A stretch of 64,000 bases of DNA from Ranitomeya imitator (lineage: Eukaryota), in contig NC_091287.1 in the NCBI RefSeq assembly GCF_032444005.1, positions 317,440,001 through 317,504,000 on the forward strand. Direction: 5' to 3'. Shown piece after piece: positions 25,843 to 39,133 of this stretch. A program made the position numbers and the translations under genes. The number at the start of each line of letters is the position of its first letter. The stretch's first letter is position 1. The notes beneath the pieces are model-generated. The model searched no databases, had not been told where the DNA came from, and saw only the letters and a list, made by a program, of their open reading frames with translations.

Positions 25843-26090
25843 GGGAACCTGTCACCCCCAAAATCGAAGGTGAGCTAAGCCCACCGGCATCAGGGGCTTA
25901 TCTACAGCATTCTGTAATGGACAACGCCCATCGGACCGGACCGCCCCCCCAGGTGAGTGTAATCTAACCTCTTTTTCTCATCTTTCAGGATACATCGGGG
26001 GCTTATCTACAGCATTACAGAATGCTGTAGATAAGCCCCTGATGCCGGTGGGCTTAGCTCACCTTCGATTTTGGGGGTGACGGGTTCCCT
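25843..26090. mobile_element. Palindromic Kolobok/T2-like MITE
   Basis: GGGAACCTGTCACCCCCAAAATCGAAGG ... CCTTCGATTTTGGGGGTGACGGGTTCCCT|TTAA; arms of about 90 bp. Confidence 0.8.
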
Positions 26091-27248
26091 TTAATTTTAC
26101 ACTTGAATACAACTCTTAACATTGTCTCTTGCTCGCGCTGATCAAACGCAGAGCAATAATGTGAGCTGTCTTTAGAACCCGGCTTCTGAGAACAGCAGAG
26201 CTGTGCCGGCTTTTCTCAAGTGCCTGTATGTGGGATACTGATGCGGCACACGGTTGCATAATGTAATAAACACTTGGACACTGATATCTCCGGTATTGGT
26301 TTTTCCAGCCCAGGAAATATCAGCATTGCAGTGCTTTAGAATTGTCAGCGCTGCACTGACAGAATCCCCTTAAACCATGCTCTGTGCTTGGTCTAAGGAG
26401 CTTGCTGTAGTCTGGTGACCCGGATGTTGTCATGACAACCTTGGGTCACCATGGCAATGATCCCTCTCCCTGCATTATAATTGCTGCGATTGATAACGAT
26501 GGCAGCATTAAGGAGGTTAAACTGCCTGGAGCAGTGTGGGCACCCCTCCTGGCAGTGAGAGCCGGGTGTCCGCTTTGATGCTGCTGAACACACGGTGGTT
26601 ATCTTCCAGTCACAGCTCATGTGCGTTTGCGATCGCCGTGACTTATATATACCTAATCGGTCGGGAAGTCATTCACTTCTATGATGTTTCTATACTGCAA
26701 AAGTCAGGAAGGGGTTACATAGATGAACATGCTAGATCTGTTTGTATTTTTTTTGGTGACCTCTAAACAGTTTAAAGTGAAACTGTCAGCAGGATTTTGC
26801 TAAGTAAACTGCAGAGATTGTCATGTTGTCATTGTTACACTGATGAAAATAATGTTGCCACTGTTATACTGATTAAAATTATGGAAGACGAAAAAACTTT
26901 GGTTCCAGCTCCAAAATGCTTGATTAAAACTTGGTACTTTATTATTCCATATATAAAAAAGCAAAGGCTATGAAGCTCTCCTAAGCACAACGGGAAACGA
27001 GCTACGCGTTTCGATCTTCACAGATCTTTATCAGAGCTACATACACATAGACAAAATCACATTAAATGGCCACCACTAACCAATGAACATTTACCGTGAA
27101 ATCACGTGGTATATACAGATATATACCACGTGATTTCACGGTAAATGTTCATTGGTTAGTGGTGGCCATTTAATGTGATTTTGTCTGTGTATGTAGCTCT
27201 AGTTATTTCCTGCTGATAAAACAGTGACTACAGACGGCAGCCCAGTAA

Positions 27249-28474
27249 GGCTACTTTCACACTGGCGTTTTTTTAATACGTCGCATTGCGTCGTTTAGGG
27301 GAAAAAACGCATCCTGCAAAGTTGTTTGCAGGATGCGTTTTTGCCCCATAGAGTTACATTACCGACGTATTGACACACGTCTGTTATGAAAGGTAATTCA
27401 GTACCACAATGGACATAGAGGTCAGCGCACATACAGTGACCTGGCAATAACCCAAAAAACAAGAACGAGCTCTGAGACGTGGGAACTCTGTTGACCGCAA
27501 TCCCTAATCCTCTCCAACAACACTAAAGGCAGCCGTGGATTGCGCCTAACGCTCCCTATGCAACTCGGCACGGCCTGAGAAACTAGCTAGCCTGAAGATA
27601 GAAAATAAGCCTACCTTGCCTCAGAGAAATACCCCAAAGGAAAAGGCAGCCCCCACATATAATGACTGTGAGTTAAGATGAAAAGACAAACGTAGAGATG
27701 AAATAGATTTAGCAAAGTGAGGCCCGACTTTCTGAGCAGAGCGAGGATAGGAAAGGTAACTTTGCGGTCAACACAAAACCCTACAAAAACCACGCAAAGG
27801 GGGCAAAAAGACCCTCCGTACCGAACTAACGGCACGGAGGTACACCCTCTGCGTCCCAGAGCTTCCAGCAAGCAGTAAAAAACAAATTGACAAGCTGGAC
27901 AGAAAAAAACAGCAAACAAATAGCAAAGAGGAACTTCGCTATGCAGAGCAGCAGGCCACAGGAACGATCCAGGAGGAAACAGGTCCAATACTAGAACATT
28001 GACTGGAGGCCAGGATCAAAGCACTAGGTGGAGTTAAATAGAGCAGCACCTAACGACATCACCACAACACCTGAGGAAGGAAACTCAGAAGCCGCAGTAC
28101 CACTTTCCTCCACCAACGGAAGCTCACAGAGAGAACCAGCCGAAGTACCACTTGTGACCACAGGAGGGAGCTCTGCCACAGAATTCACAACACACGTCGC
28201 AACCGTCTTGTCACGGTTGCGCCGTGTTGTGGCGGACCGCTGGGAGCAAAAAACGTTAAATGTAACGTTTTTTGCAGCTGACGGACCGCTTTTTCCGACC
28301 GCGCATGCGCGGCCGGAACTCCGCCCCCACCTGCCTGCACCTCACAATGGGGCAGCGGATGCGCCGGAGAAATGCATCCGCTGCACCCGTTGTGCAGCAC
28401 ACCCAACGCTAGCGTCGGAATCTCGGTCCGACGCAATGCGACGGGCCGAATCCGACGCTAGTGTGAAAGTAGCC
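27249..28474. mobile_element. Harbinger-type MITE interrupted by a solo LTR
   Basis: TIR GGCTACTTTCACACT / AGTGTGAAAGTAGCC; flanks TAA/TAG. Confidence 0.85.
27382..28192 (-). mobile_element. Solo LTR (811 bp), probably Ty3/Gypsy
   Basis: TGTTATGAA...TTCACAACA termini; 6-bp TSD CACGTC; inverted homolog of 43430-44244. Confidence 0.85.
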
Positions 28475-28814
28475 TAGGTGACAGATCGCTGGAATCAGGG
28501 GTTTTTGTCTCTACATTATGGTGCTCTCAGATTAGGATGCAAGAACCTGATTTCCTTTAACGTCAAAACTGCAACTATAAAATATCTGCATACATATCTC
28601 TGTAGTAGTGGGTGAGGGCAGCAAGAGTTTTATAATTCTGTGACCAGAAAAGACCCTGTAGTTGTTTTTTTAGCCCTTTTAAGAGAACCAACTTATTAAA
28701 AGATGCTGTAATAGAGGATAGAGTGTTTGTTTGTAAAATGCACTTTCCTTCTGCCAATGAAGCCATCCCCAGCCTGTTCCCAGCACCTTCCCCAACTCTG
28801 TTGACATGCATTTA

Positions 28815-29100
28815 GGCTACGTTCACATTTGCGGTGCGTCGTGCGCAACCGCGGCGACGCATGCATCATGCGCCCCTATATTTAACATGGGGGCGCATGG
28901 ACATGCGTTGTCTTGCGTTTTGTAACGCATGCATCTTTTTTGGCGCAAGCGTCAGGGCGCAGAGGACGCAGCAAGTTGCTTTTTTTTTGCGTCCAAAATC
29001 GGCCAAAAATGGACGCATGCGTCACAAAACGATGCGTTTTGCATGCGTTGTGCGTTGCGTCGCCGACGCAACACACAACAACGCAAATGTGAACGTAGCC
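28815..29100. mobile_element. Harbinger-type MITE
   Basis: TIR GGCTACGTTCACATTTGCG; TTA on both sides. Confidence 0.88.
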
Positions 29101-30967
29101 TTACATGGCCTCAAAGAGGTGTTACCTAGAGTCTCCCAGTACTTGGGTGCCAGAGTCTCACAATATGTCCTCTATTAACTAACACCACTGTTTACTTTGT
29201 CCTTAATCATCTTTGATCAAAACAGAACTCCAATTTTGATATCTTTTTACAGAGGATAAAACACTTGTCAGATTTTTTTTGTCCTACATTTTCTATGTTC
29301 TTCAAGATGCAGGGCATATTTTACCATTTCCAGCAGTTTTGTGATTTTTTTTAAATTTGGTCTATATGTTTTCTAGGTATCTACTGTGCAATGTTGGGAA
29401 TTTCATGAATGAAAACACTTGTTTGTAACCTTTTCCCATCATACCACAAAATATGCCGCATTATTTTAAACCACTTTGATGGAATTTCTGTTTTCCGAGT
29501 CCTTGTATTCACTACATAGCTTCATAAAAAAAATCTAGCAGAAAAAGAATACCAGTGAGGGAGAGCAGGATAGCTAAGGATGGGAATGCGAGGAAGGTAG
29601 GTGTTTTAATAATGCGTGGGATTGAGTAGGCTAGAAATGGCAGCACTGAGAATTAGCACAACAAAAGCATAGATTCTTTTGCCAGACCAGGGCTAGAATT
29701 TGTGAAGACAACTGCATCTGAGCAGAGCAGGTACTTTATTATGTTTTACATATACGGTATATTCAATAATCTGACCTATAATCTGACGCACAAACAAAAT
29801 ATGCATGTGGTGAGAATATCTTTCCATTAAAGGACTGATGTTTGCTGAACTGCTCATTTGCAGTATGCTGCCAAAATAAATGTGTTTTTTTCTATCCCTT
29901 CCTCATTCATGATACATTATGGTTTTGCAATGCAGAACTTTTTTATTCTGAATTATACTGTGTGTTTGTTATGTAGCACTACGTTGTATGAAGGTGTCGT
30001 GTGTATGAAAGTGTGTATTTTTTTTTCATATTGTAGGTATGAATTTTTTATTTCCTTTTTCCTCCACTGAGCCCCGTTGTGATGCTTATTACTAGCAATA
30101 CCTTTTATTTCAAATAATTTTCCGATGCTACTTTTGTTTTTGTTAATGTGTAGTCCTGCGTTTTGATTGTGATGAGTGATCTATATTCATGTTCTTTTTT
30201 GTTTTTTTAAACCGTTTATTAGGGGGACACAGATTGTTCCATTGTCATTTTGATGCACTGAAAACCATATCAAGGATCGAATGCTAAGACAAACTTGTGT
30301 TCTTCTCAAGCAATGAATGCGATCATTGATTTCGACATTGGCATCTACTAGAATTCTATTCTTTAAGTTACCCATAAAATATGTAATTTAATGCTTCTGC
30401 TTAAAACCACTTGTTCATTTACTGAAAAAGTACTGTACAAACGCTATCCATGTCCGTATACACCGTGTTATAGCTGATATGATGAGTCTGCATTTAGGGT
30501 AAGACTGCAGAAATGGTAGATACTGCAGTTATCTGGACTATTGGCGGCTTTTATTAGATACTTTGGTAGCAAGTGACGGTCCTATAATAATAAAGGAAAT
30601 TATTGTGATCGAGTATCTTCCACAACCCTGATGCTCGTTTTACTTTGACTGATCTTTTTTCCTCTGACTGATCTTTTTTCCTCTCCTTATTTTAGCTCAA
30701 CCTGTCTTAACCATTAGCTTTTGTAGTCATCGATAATGACATTTGTTACAAATATTTGAGGTTTCCAAGGCTGATAAGACAAAAGTTGTTCAAGATATTA
30801 AAATGATTTACATCATTAAACACCTACTTTCAGAATTCATTACAGTTTCCTTGCTGCTATTTTGGGGTCCCCTGCTGCACCTTTGTGTATGCTCCTGCAC
30901 CAGTCATGGCCTACTGTAATCATTCCACGATGATTGATGTATGACACAGGATGACAATTTTTTGTAA

Positions 30968-33903
30968 CCCCTTCACCCCGAAGCCTGTTTTCACCTAAGT
31001 GACAGGGCCAATTTTTACAATTCTGACCACTGTCACTTTATGAGGTCATAACTCTGAAACGCTTCAACGGATCCTGGTGATTCTGAAATTTTTTTTCTCG
31101 TGACATATTGTACTTTATGATAGTGGTAAAACTTCTTCGATATGACTTGCGTTTATTTATTAAAACGGAAATCTGGCAAAAATTTAGCAATTTTCAAACT
31201 TTGAATTTTTATGCCCTTACATCAGAGAGATATGTCACACAAAATGGTCAATAAATAACATTTCCCATATGTCAACTTTACATCAGCACAATTTTGGAAA
31301 CAACATTTTTTTTTATTAGGGAGTTATAAGGGTTAAAATTTGACCAGCAATTTCTTATTTTTACAACAAAATTTACAAAACCATTTTTGTTAGGGACCAC
31401 CTCACACTTGAAGTGACTTTGAGGGGTCTATATGACAGAAAATACCCAAACAGGACACCATTCTAAAAACTGCACCCCTCAAGGTGCTCAAAACGACATT
31501 CAAAAAGTTTATTAACCCTTCAGGTGCTTCACAGGAATTTTTGGAATGTTTAAAAAAAATTTAACATTTACCTTTTTTCACCAAATTTTCACTTCAGATC
31601 CAATTTGTTTTATTTTACCAAGGGTAACAGGAGAAATTGGACCACAAAAGTCGTTGTACAATTTGTCCTGAGTACTCTGATACCCCGTGTGTGGGGGTAA
31701 ACCACTGTTTGGGCGCATGGCAGAGCTCAGAAGGGAAGGAGCGCCGTTTGACTTTTCAATGCAAAATTGGCTGGAATTGAGATCGGAACTCATGTCGCGT
31801 TTGGAGAGCCCTTGATGTGCCTAAACAGTGGAACTCGAACAAAAAAACATGTAGGTTGGTCCATCTAGTTTTTAAATGTTTTTAATTGTTTGTCTCCTTC
31901 ATTGCCTCTGTTTGTAGTGATTTGTTAATGAAATTTATTATATATGGTTGATCCCATAGTGTGCATATCTTTTTCTCTGTTTTTTTTGTTCTAGTACTTG
32001 TTATATGCACGTGGCTGATCCCTTAGTTATATTGTGTGCGGTGCCCGCCTTTTAATGTTTTTCCCATAAACAGTGGAACTCCCCACAAGTGACCCCATAT
32101 TGGAAACTAGACTTCCCAAGGAACTTATCTAGATGTGTTGTGAGAACTTTGAACCCCCAAGTGTTTCACTACAGTTTATAACGCAGAGCCGTGAAAATTA
32201 AAAAAAAAAAATTTTTTCCACAAAAATTATTTTTTAGCCCCTATTTTGTATTTTCCCAAGGGTAACAGGAGAAATTGGACCCTAAAATTTGTTGTCCAAT
32301 TTGTCCTGAGTACGCTGATTCTCCATATGTTGGGGTAAACCCCTGTTTGGGCGCACGGAAGAGCTCGAAAGGGAAGGAGCACTGTTTTAGTTTTTCAACG
32401 CAGAATTGGCTGGAATTGAGATCGGACACCATGTCGCGTTTGGAGAGCCCCTGATGTGCCTAAACAGTGGAAACCCCCCAATTCTATCTGAAACCCTAAC
32501 CCAAACACACCCCTAACACTAATCCCAACCGTAAATGTAATCCAAACCCTAACTTTAGCCCCAACCCTAACCCCAACCCTAACTTTAGCCCCAACCCTAG
32601 CCCTAACCCTAATGGGAAAATGGAAATAAATGCATTTTTTTAAATTTTATTATTTTTCCCTAACTAAGAGGGCGATGAAGGGGGATTTGATTGACATTTA
32701 TAGCGTTTTTTTGGCGGATTTTTATGATTGGCAACCGTCACACACTAAAGGACGCTTTTTATTGCAAAAAATAGTTTTTGCATCACCACATTTTGAGAGC
32801 TATAATTTATCCATATTTTGGCCCACAGAGTCATGTGAGCTCTTGTTTTTTGCGGGACGAGTTGACATTATTATTGGTACCATGTTCGGGCACATGACAT
32901 TTTTTGATCGGTTTTTATTCCGATTTTTGGGAGGCAGAATGAGCAAAAACCAGCAATTCCTGAATTTCTTTTAGGGGGGCGTTTATACCGTTCCACGTGT
33001 GGTAAAATTGATAAAGCAGCTTTATTCTTCAGGTCAGTATGATTACAGTGATACCTCATTTATATCTTTTTTTATGTTTTGACGCTTTTAATAAAAACTA
33101 TTTTATATAAACAAATAATTGTTTTTGCATCGCTTTATTCTGAGAGCTATAACTTTATTTTTCTGCTGATGATGCTGTATGGCGGCTTTTTTTTGCGGGA
33201 CAAGATGACGTTTTCAGCGTTACCATGTTTATTTATATCCATCTTTTTGATTGCGTGTTATTCCACTTTTTGTTCTCCGGTATGATAATAAAACGTTGTT
33301 TTTTGCCTCGTTTTTTTTTTTTTTTTTTTTGCGGTGTTCACTGAAGGGGTTAACTATTGGGATAGTTTTATAGAGCGGGTCGTTAGGGACGCGGCGATAC
33401 CAAATATGTGAACTTATATTGTTTGTTTTTTTTATTTACATAAATAAATGGATTTATTGGGAGATTTTTTTTTTTTTTTTTTTACTTTCTAACATTGTTT
33501 CATCAGATCGCTGATCTGACACTTTGCATAGCACTGTGCAGGCGCCGGTTAGCCACCTCACTTCAGGACCCGGAAGGGGTCCCGCGGCCATCTTGGATCC
33601 GGGGACTCCTTCCAGAACATCGGAACAGTGCGATTGCATCGCGTTGCTCTGGTGGGAGAGTGCAGGGAGCCCCCGTCCCTGCGCGATCCCCCTCTATGCC
33701 ACTGTCACTACTAACAGAGGGGTTAAATGCTATCACCAATCGCGGGCATTGCGGCGGGGTGTCAGCTGTCAAATACAGCTGACACCTGCACCCGATCACC
33801 GTGGCGCTCAGCGCGAGACCGCGGTGATCGGTGCTCTGTACTAGCACTGCGGCTGGCACAATTGCAGTTGCTGCAGCGCCGTACAGCGCATGGCACGAAG
33901 GGG
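30968..33903 (+). mobile_element. piggyBac-like non-autonomous element with internal sub-repeats and a telomere-like tract
   Basis: CCCCTTCAC...CGAAGGGG|TTAA; repeated ~330-bp internal blocks; no transposase ORF seen. Confidence 0.7.
32493..32611 (+). repeat. Degenerate (CCCTAA)n telomere-like tract
   Basis: ccctaaccc..., ccctaactttagccccaaccctaaccccaaccctaactttagccccaaccctagccctaaccctaat. Confidence 0.75.
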
Positions 33904-33943
33904 TTAACAAGCTCAATGTGTTGACCTATCATTGACTTGCTAA

Positions 33944-34465
33944 GGCTACTTTTACACAAAAGCTTTTTTTGCATCAGGCATAATCCGGCAAATTTTTAGA
34001 AAAAACGGATCCGGTGCAAATTGTAGAAAACTGATGCGCCGGATCCATTTTTTTGCTGGATCCGTTTTTGTTTACGGGAAGAGGGGGGCGGGGGGGAGAG
34101 AGAGAGACTCCAGAATGGAAAACTAAGCTACCGGGCATGCTCAGTGGAAAAATACCGGAATCAGTAGCCGGATTCACTCATTTCACCTCGCGTTTTAGCC
34201 GTTTATTGCTGGAACCGTCTTTGTGTGTTTTTTTTTTTCGCCGGACAGAAAAAACGTTGCTCTGTAAGTTTTCCCCGTTCGCCAAAAAAATAATTTGTGA
34301 TGGATCCGGCAAAAAAACAGATGAAACGTGTGGCCATCAGGCGCTGTCCGGCGCTAATACAACTCTAAGAGAAAAAAACTGATGCGGCGGAAAAAAAAAT
34401 CTGTTTTTTTTTCAAAATTCGTCGAATTGTGTCTGACAGCAAAATCCTAATGTGTGAAAGTAGCC
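33944..34465. mobile_element. Harbinger-type MITE
   Basis: TIR GGCTACTTTTACAC / GTGTGAAAGTAGCC; TAA on both sides. Confidence 0.85.
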
Positions 34466-34480
34466 TAATAGGCAGTTGAA

Positions 34481-36246
34481 CCCCTTCACATCACAGCTAG
34501 TGTTTGCCCTCATGCCAGATCTTTTTTGTCACGCTACTGCTATGCAGGTAGGTGCAGGCTCCACCAGATGACAGTAGAGTGGAAGCATGACTGCACCTAA
34601 ACAGAGCTGGCCTGCATTGCAGCAGGGAGGCTACCACAAGAGGCAGCAGAATAGTCAAACAAGCCTGGTTAGATCCTAGACTGTAGCGCAGTACCAAAGG
34701 AATAAGCAAAACAAACAGTCAGAGACAAGCCAGGGAGTTTGTAACAGTCAGGAGCGGATAAGTCAAAAGACAGAAGCAGATCAGGATACAAGCCAAGTCA
34801 AAACCAGTGAGTCCGCACACTAAAGGGAAACACTGAGACAAGACTGGAATACGGGAAAACAGACACATGGGTTCAGACAGCAAATGCAGCAGGACAAATC
34901 AGAGCAATCAGAGTCAGAGTCAGTTACAGCAGCCCCAGTCAAAAACTATAACTGACATCACTTGCAGGAAGCAGCGGCAAAAAATAGCCAACCTGAACCC
35001 AGACAGAGGCTGGGAAAAGTTAACTCTTGACATAACCAGACCGGGAAAAAGGGAAAACAGGACTCAAAACCCGGTCTGTATCATGATATTTTTTTTATTT
35101 ATACCTTTCTCTTGTCAAGTTCCAGGAACCCTAACTTTTTTATTTTGGCAGCATAGTCATACAAGGGCTTGTATATACAGGATGAGCTGTATATGCAAGT
35201 GACATCATTTTGGGCTTATTTTTTGCATGGCAAACTGTATTTTTTATTGACACCATATTGCATAGCATGCAACTTTTTTTTTTACTACTTTTCATTTTCA
35301 CTCTATTTAAAATTTTAAAAAAAGCAAGAAATTCAGAATTAATTTTTTTGTTAATTTTGCCTCCCGAACAGCGTAATAAACAGCGATCATGCATGTGCCA
35401 CAAAATGGTTCTAATAAGAACTACATTTGCCATGCAAAATAATAATCCTGAATATAGCTGTGTCGGCGAAAAATTGTACAGGTGATGGCTCTCAAAAATA
35501 TGGCAACAAAAAATATATATTTTTGGGTCATCATATTCTAACTCCTTCCAGATATGGTCAATTTCCATAGCTGCATTTTTGTTTTTTGTTCCTCCACTTC
35601 TTCCAAGAGCCATAACATATTTTTTTCTGTCCATATAGGCTTGTTTGCGAGTCAAGTTGTACTTTTTAATGACGTCATTCATTTTATTACATAATATGCA
35701 TAGAAAAATTCCAAATATGGTAAAATTGCGGGATGAAAAAACTCTAATATTTCTTGGGAGTTGTTTCCACAGCACTGTGTGGTAAAAATGATCTGTAATC
35801 ATTGTTCTCATTAGTATGACAATGGCAATACCAAACTTATCCAGGTTTTTATCATTATTATTTCAGTGCTGAAAAAAAATTGGGAATTTTCTTAAAAAAA
35901 CCCTAATGTACAGTAAATAAATTTTTTGTTTGTGTCATCATTTTCCGAGAGCCTTAATATTTAAATTTTTCCAACAATAGGGCTGTGTAAGGGCAAGGTT
36001 AGCCGAGGCTCTTAATTGTACCGTTTTGGGACATATATGGCATTTTGATCATCTCTTCTTGAATTTATTTATTTATTTTTTTTTGGGGGGGGGGGTTGTT
36101 GAGGCAACCAAAAAATGATAGTTTTATTGTTTAGATTATTTTTTTTTTTTTTCATTGTTAGGGTGTTTAACATTTGGTTAATTGATTTTTCTTTTACTTA
36201 CAATTTTATAGATACAGCAATAACACATATGGTAGAGGTGTGTATG

Positions 36247-36286
<40 letters not shown>

Positions 36287-36741
36287 GTATGTATAATATA
36301 TGAATTTTTTTTCATTCATACTTTTTAAAACTTTTTTTTTTACTTTGCAAGTACTCTTGGGGACTAGAACCTGTGATCGTCTGTCTGCTTCTAGTTTATA
36401 CAGCAGTGCCACAGTATTGTTGTATGTAGGAGAATTCACGGTCACCTTTGAAGCCCATGATTGCTTTCATCGGAGCCCTGGCCCAACGGGCGCGCTGTGA
36501 TCACAGCCAGGTTTTCTGATGACCGCATAAAATGAAGCACCCCCATGCCGTTGTGCTGGTAATACTGCTCACAGCAGCAATTCACAGGTAAATAGTTGTG
36601 GACAGAGTTCCAGTCCACCCACTGCTGTTAAAGGCACAAATCTGGACTGCCATTATCAGCCAGTTATGGGGATGGCTTCTGCTGTCAGCCAACTACCGAC
36701 TTACGCTATATATGTACAGTACGATGGATGTCAGGAAGGGT
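34481..36741. mobile_element. Degenerate piggyBac-like element, with a possible LTR-like insertion at ~34495-35088
   Basis: CCCCTTCACATC start and GATGTCAGGAAGGGT|TTAA end; body similar to the other TTAA elements. Confidence 0.45.
36250..36283. repeat. (TA)n microsatellite
   Basis: Direct reading of the sequence. Confidence 0.9.
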
Positions 36742-36996
36742 TTAAATCCATAACTTTTGTTGTTGTTTTTTTTCTTTGTAGACACAACTGTTTTAGGGAT
36801 TTTTTTGCAGGAAAAAGTGTAGTTTTCTTTGGAATAATTTTTGGATTCATACAATGTTTTGATTACCTCTTATTTCATCTTTTTGTACCAAGGTATAATA
36901 AAAAAACACTTAAATCTGTTTTATTTTTATTATTTTTACTGTTCACTATGCAGTATAATTAACATGGTACTGTTATTCTGCAATTTGATAGAATAA

Positions 36997-37383
36997 GAGT
37001 ATGTGCACATGTTGCAGATTTCCTGCAGAACTGCAGCTTTTTTTCCCGCGCAGAAACGCTGCAGATCTGCAAGTGATTTACTGTACAATGTAAATCAGTG
37101 GCAAAATAAAAATGCTGTGCTGATGGTGCAGAAAATTCTGCACAGAAAACGCAGCAGATTCAAAAAAGGACCATGTCAATTCTTTTGTGCAGATCTGCTG
37201 CATTTCTGCACCCATTCCATAATAGAAATCTGCAGGGGTAAAAAAAAGGAAGAAATCTGCACAAAAATCTGCAACGTGTGCACATACCAAAAAAGGGTGC
37301 AGATTCCGACCTGCGTTTTCTGCCAAGAAATGCAGAATCTGCACAGAAAATTCCACAGTCAAATCTGCAACGTGTGCACATAA
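36997..37383. mobile_element. Harbinger-type MITE, same family as 1087-1330
   Basis: TATGTGCACA...TGTGCACATA termini; shared aaatctgcaacgtgtgcacat. Confidence 0.75.
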
Positions 37384-37896
37384 GGTACTGCTAAAAAAAA
37401 AAAATCTATAATATTTTTCTACTCTTGCAATAGAAAATCTTTTTACAAAAAACTTTATTTTTGGGGGGTATCACATTCAGAGAGCTATACATTTTTCATT
37501 TTTTTTCTTTACAGGGCTGTATGAGGGCTTTTTTTTTTGTTTGCGGAGTTGTCATTTGTATTGGTACCATTTTGAGGTGTATGACATTTTGATCATTTTT
37601 TATTTTTCTGTGAGTCAGGATCAAATATAAAGCAATTCTGGCATTTTTAAAATTAGTGTGTTTTTAGGCCCTTTTTAAAAAATTTTTTTTACAATACTTC
37701 CTAAACCCCTATAGGAAACGTAAACATTTGATCCATTGATCACATTGATATGGGACTGTTCTACTTGTGTGGTAGTGTGCGTTATCTAACCTGTCAGTGT
37801 TTAGACTGATAGGCAGAGGAATAAAGCAGACTCGAAGGCTAGTATTTGGCCTCCAGATGTGTTGAAGGCCCATTGGAACCTCTTTCCTCTGTCTAA

Positions 37897-38092
37897 GGGA
37901 TCCTTTTCACTTGCGAGACATACAGCCGTGTCTCGCAGGTTAAAACCCTACTCTGGCGCCGGCACTTGGGAGCGGAGCGTGCAACTCCATGTGTTGCTAT
38001 GCGGCCGCACGCTCCGCTCTGGAGTGCCGGCGCCAGAAGAGGGTTTTATCCTGTGAGACACGGACGTATGTCTCGCAAGTGAAAAGGAGCCC
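37897..38092. mobile_element. Palindromic Harbinger-type MITE (196 bp)
   Basis: GGGATCCTTTTCACTTGCGAGAC / GTCTCGCAAGTGAAAAGGAGCCC; TAA on both sides. Confidence 0.85.
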
Positions 38093-38100
38093 TAACTCTT

Positions 38101-39053
38101 TACCTGATCACAAAGTTATAATAGCTGCTTCTGGGACCACTAGAAGTCTTCCTAGACCTGGCCGTCCAGCCAAACTGAGCAATCGTGGGAGAAGAGCCTT
38201 GGTGAGAGAGGTAAAGAAGAACCCCAAGATCACTGTGGCTGAGCTCCAGTGATGCAGTAGGGAGATGGGAGAAAGTTCCACAAAGTCAACTGTCACTGCA
38301 GCCCTCCACCAGTCGAGCCGTTATGGCAGAGTGGCCCAACAGAAGCCTCTCCTCAGTGCAAGACATATGAAAGCCTGCATATAGCTTGCTAAAAAAAAAA
38401 CAAAAAAACACGCACATGAAGGACTCCCAGACTGAGAAATAAGATTCTTTGGTCTACTCAGATGAAGATAGACCTTCTTGGTGATAATTCTAAGTGTTAT
38501 GTGTGGAGAAAACCAGGCATTGCTCATCACCTGCCCAATACAATCTCAACAGTGAAACGTGGTGGGGGCAGCATCATGCTATGGGGTGTTTTCAGCTGCA
38601 GTGACAGGACAACTGGTTGCCTTTGAAGAAAACATGAATGCGGCCAAGTACAGAGATATACTGGATGAAAACCTCTTCCAGAGTGTTCTGGACCTCAGAC
38701 TTGGCAGAAGGTTCACCTTCCAACAAGACTCTGACCCTAAGCACTCAGCTAAAATGGCAAAGGAGTGGCTTCAGAACAACTCTGTGACCATTATGGACTG
38801 GCCCAGCCAGAGCCCTGACCTATACTCAATTGAGCATCTCTCGAGAGACGTGAAAATGGCTGTCCACCAACGTTCACCATATAACCTGACGGAACTTGAG
38901 AGGATCTGCAAACAAGAATGGCAGAGGATCCCCAAATCCTGGTGTGAAAAACTCATTGCATCATTCCCAAGAAGACTTATGGCTGTACTAGCTCAAAAGG
39001 TTCTTCTACTCAATAGTGAGCAAAGGGTCTGAATACTTATGACCATATTCATA
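38101..39053 (+). pseudogene. Tc1-family (DD34E) transposase remnant
   Basis: GRPAKLSNRGRRALVREVKKNPKITVAELQ; GGGSIMLWG; FQQDSDPKH, then 34 residues to IEHL; WPSQSPDL. Several stops and frameshifts; TIRs not found. Confidence 0.92.
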
Positions 39054-39133
39054 AATATCACATGAATACTTTCCGTACCCACTGTATCCGTCCATTCAGA
39101 AAAAATTTCTGCAGAATGTCTGTTTCTCTTTGG

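Larger units (their letters stand above)
26776..28556. mobile_element. Degenerate Kolobok/T2-like element hosting nested insertions
   Basis: TTAA at both ends. The body motif gcagcccagtaa|gtgaca..atcgctggaatcagg is split by the Harbinger MITE. Confidence 0.55.

Noticed and set aside
34495-35088. Possible third solo LTR
   Set aside because: Composition is LTR-like, but no clear TG start or TSD could be defined; kept only as a note.
35140-35811. 223-aa minus-strand ORF
   Set aside because: Low-complexity AT-rich transposon body; no piggyBac DDD motifs recognised.
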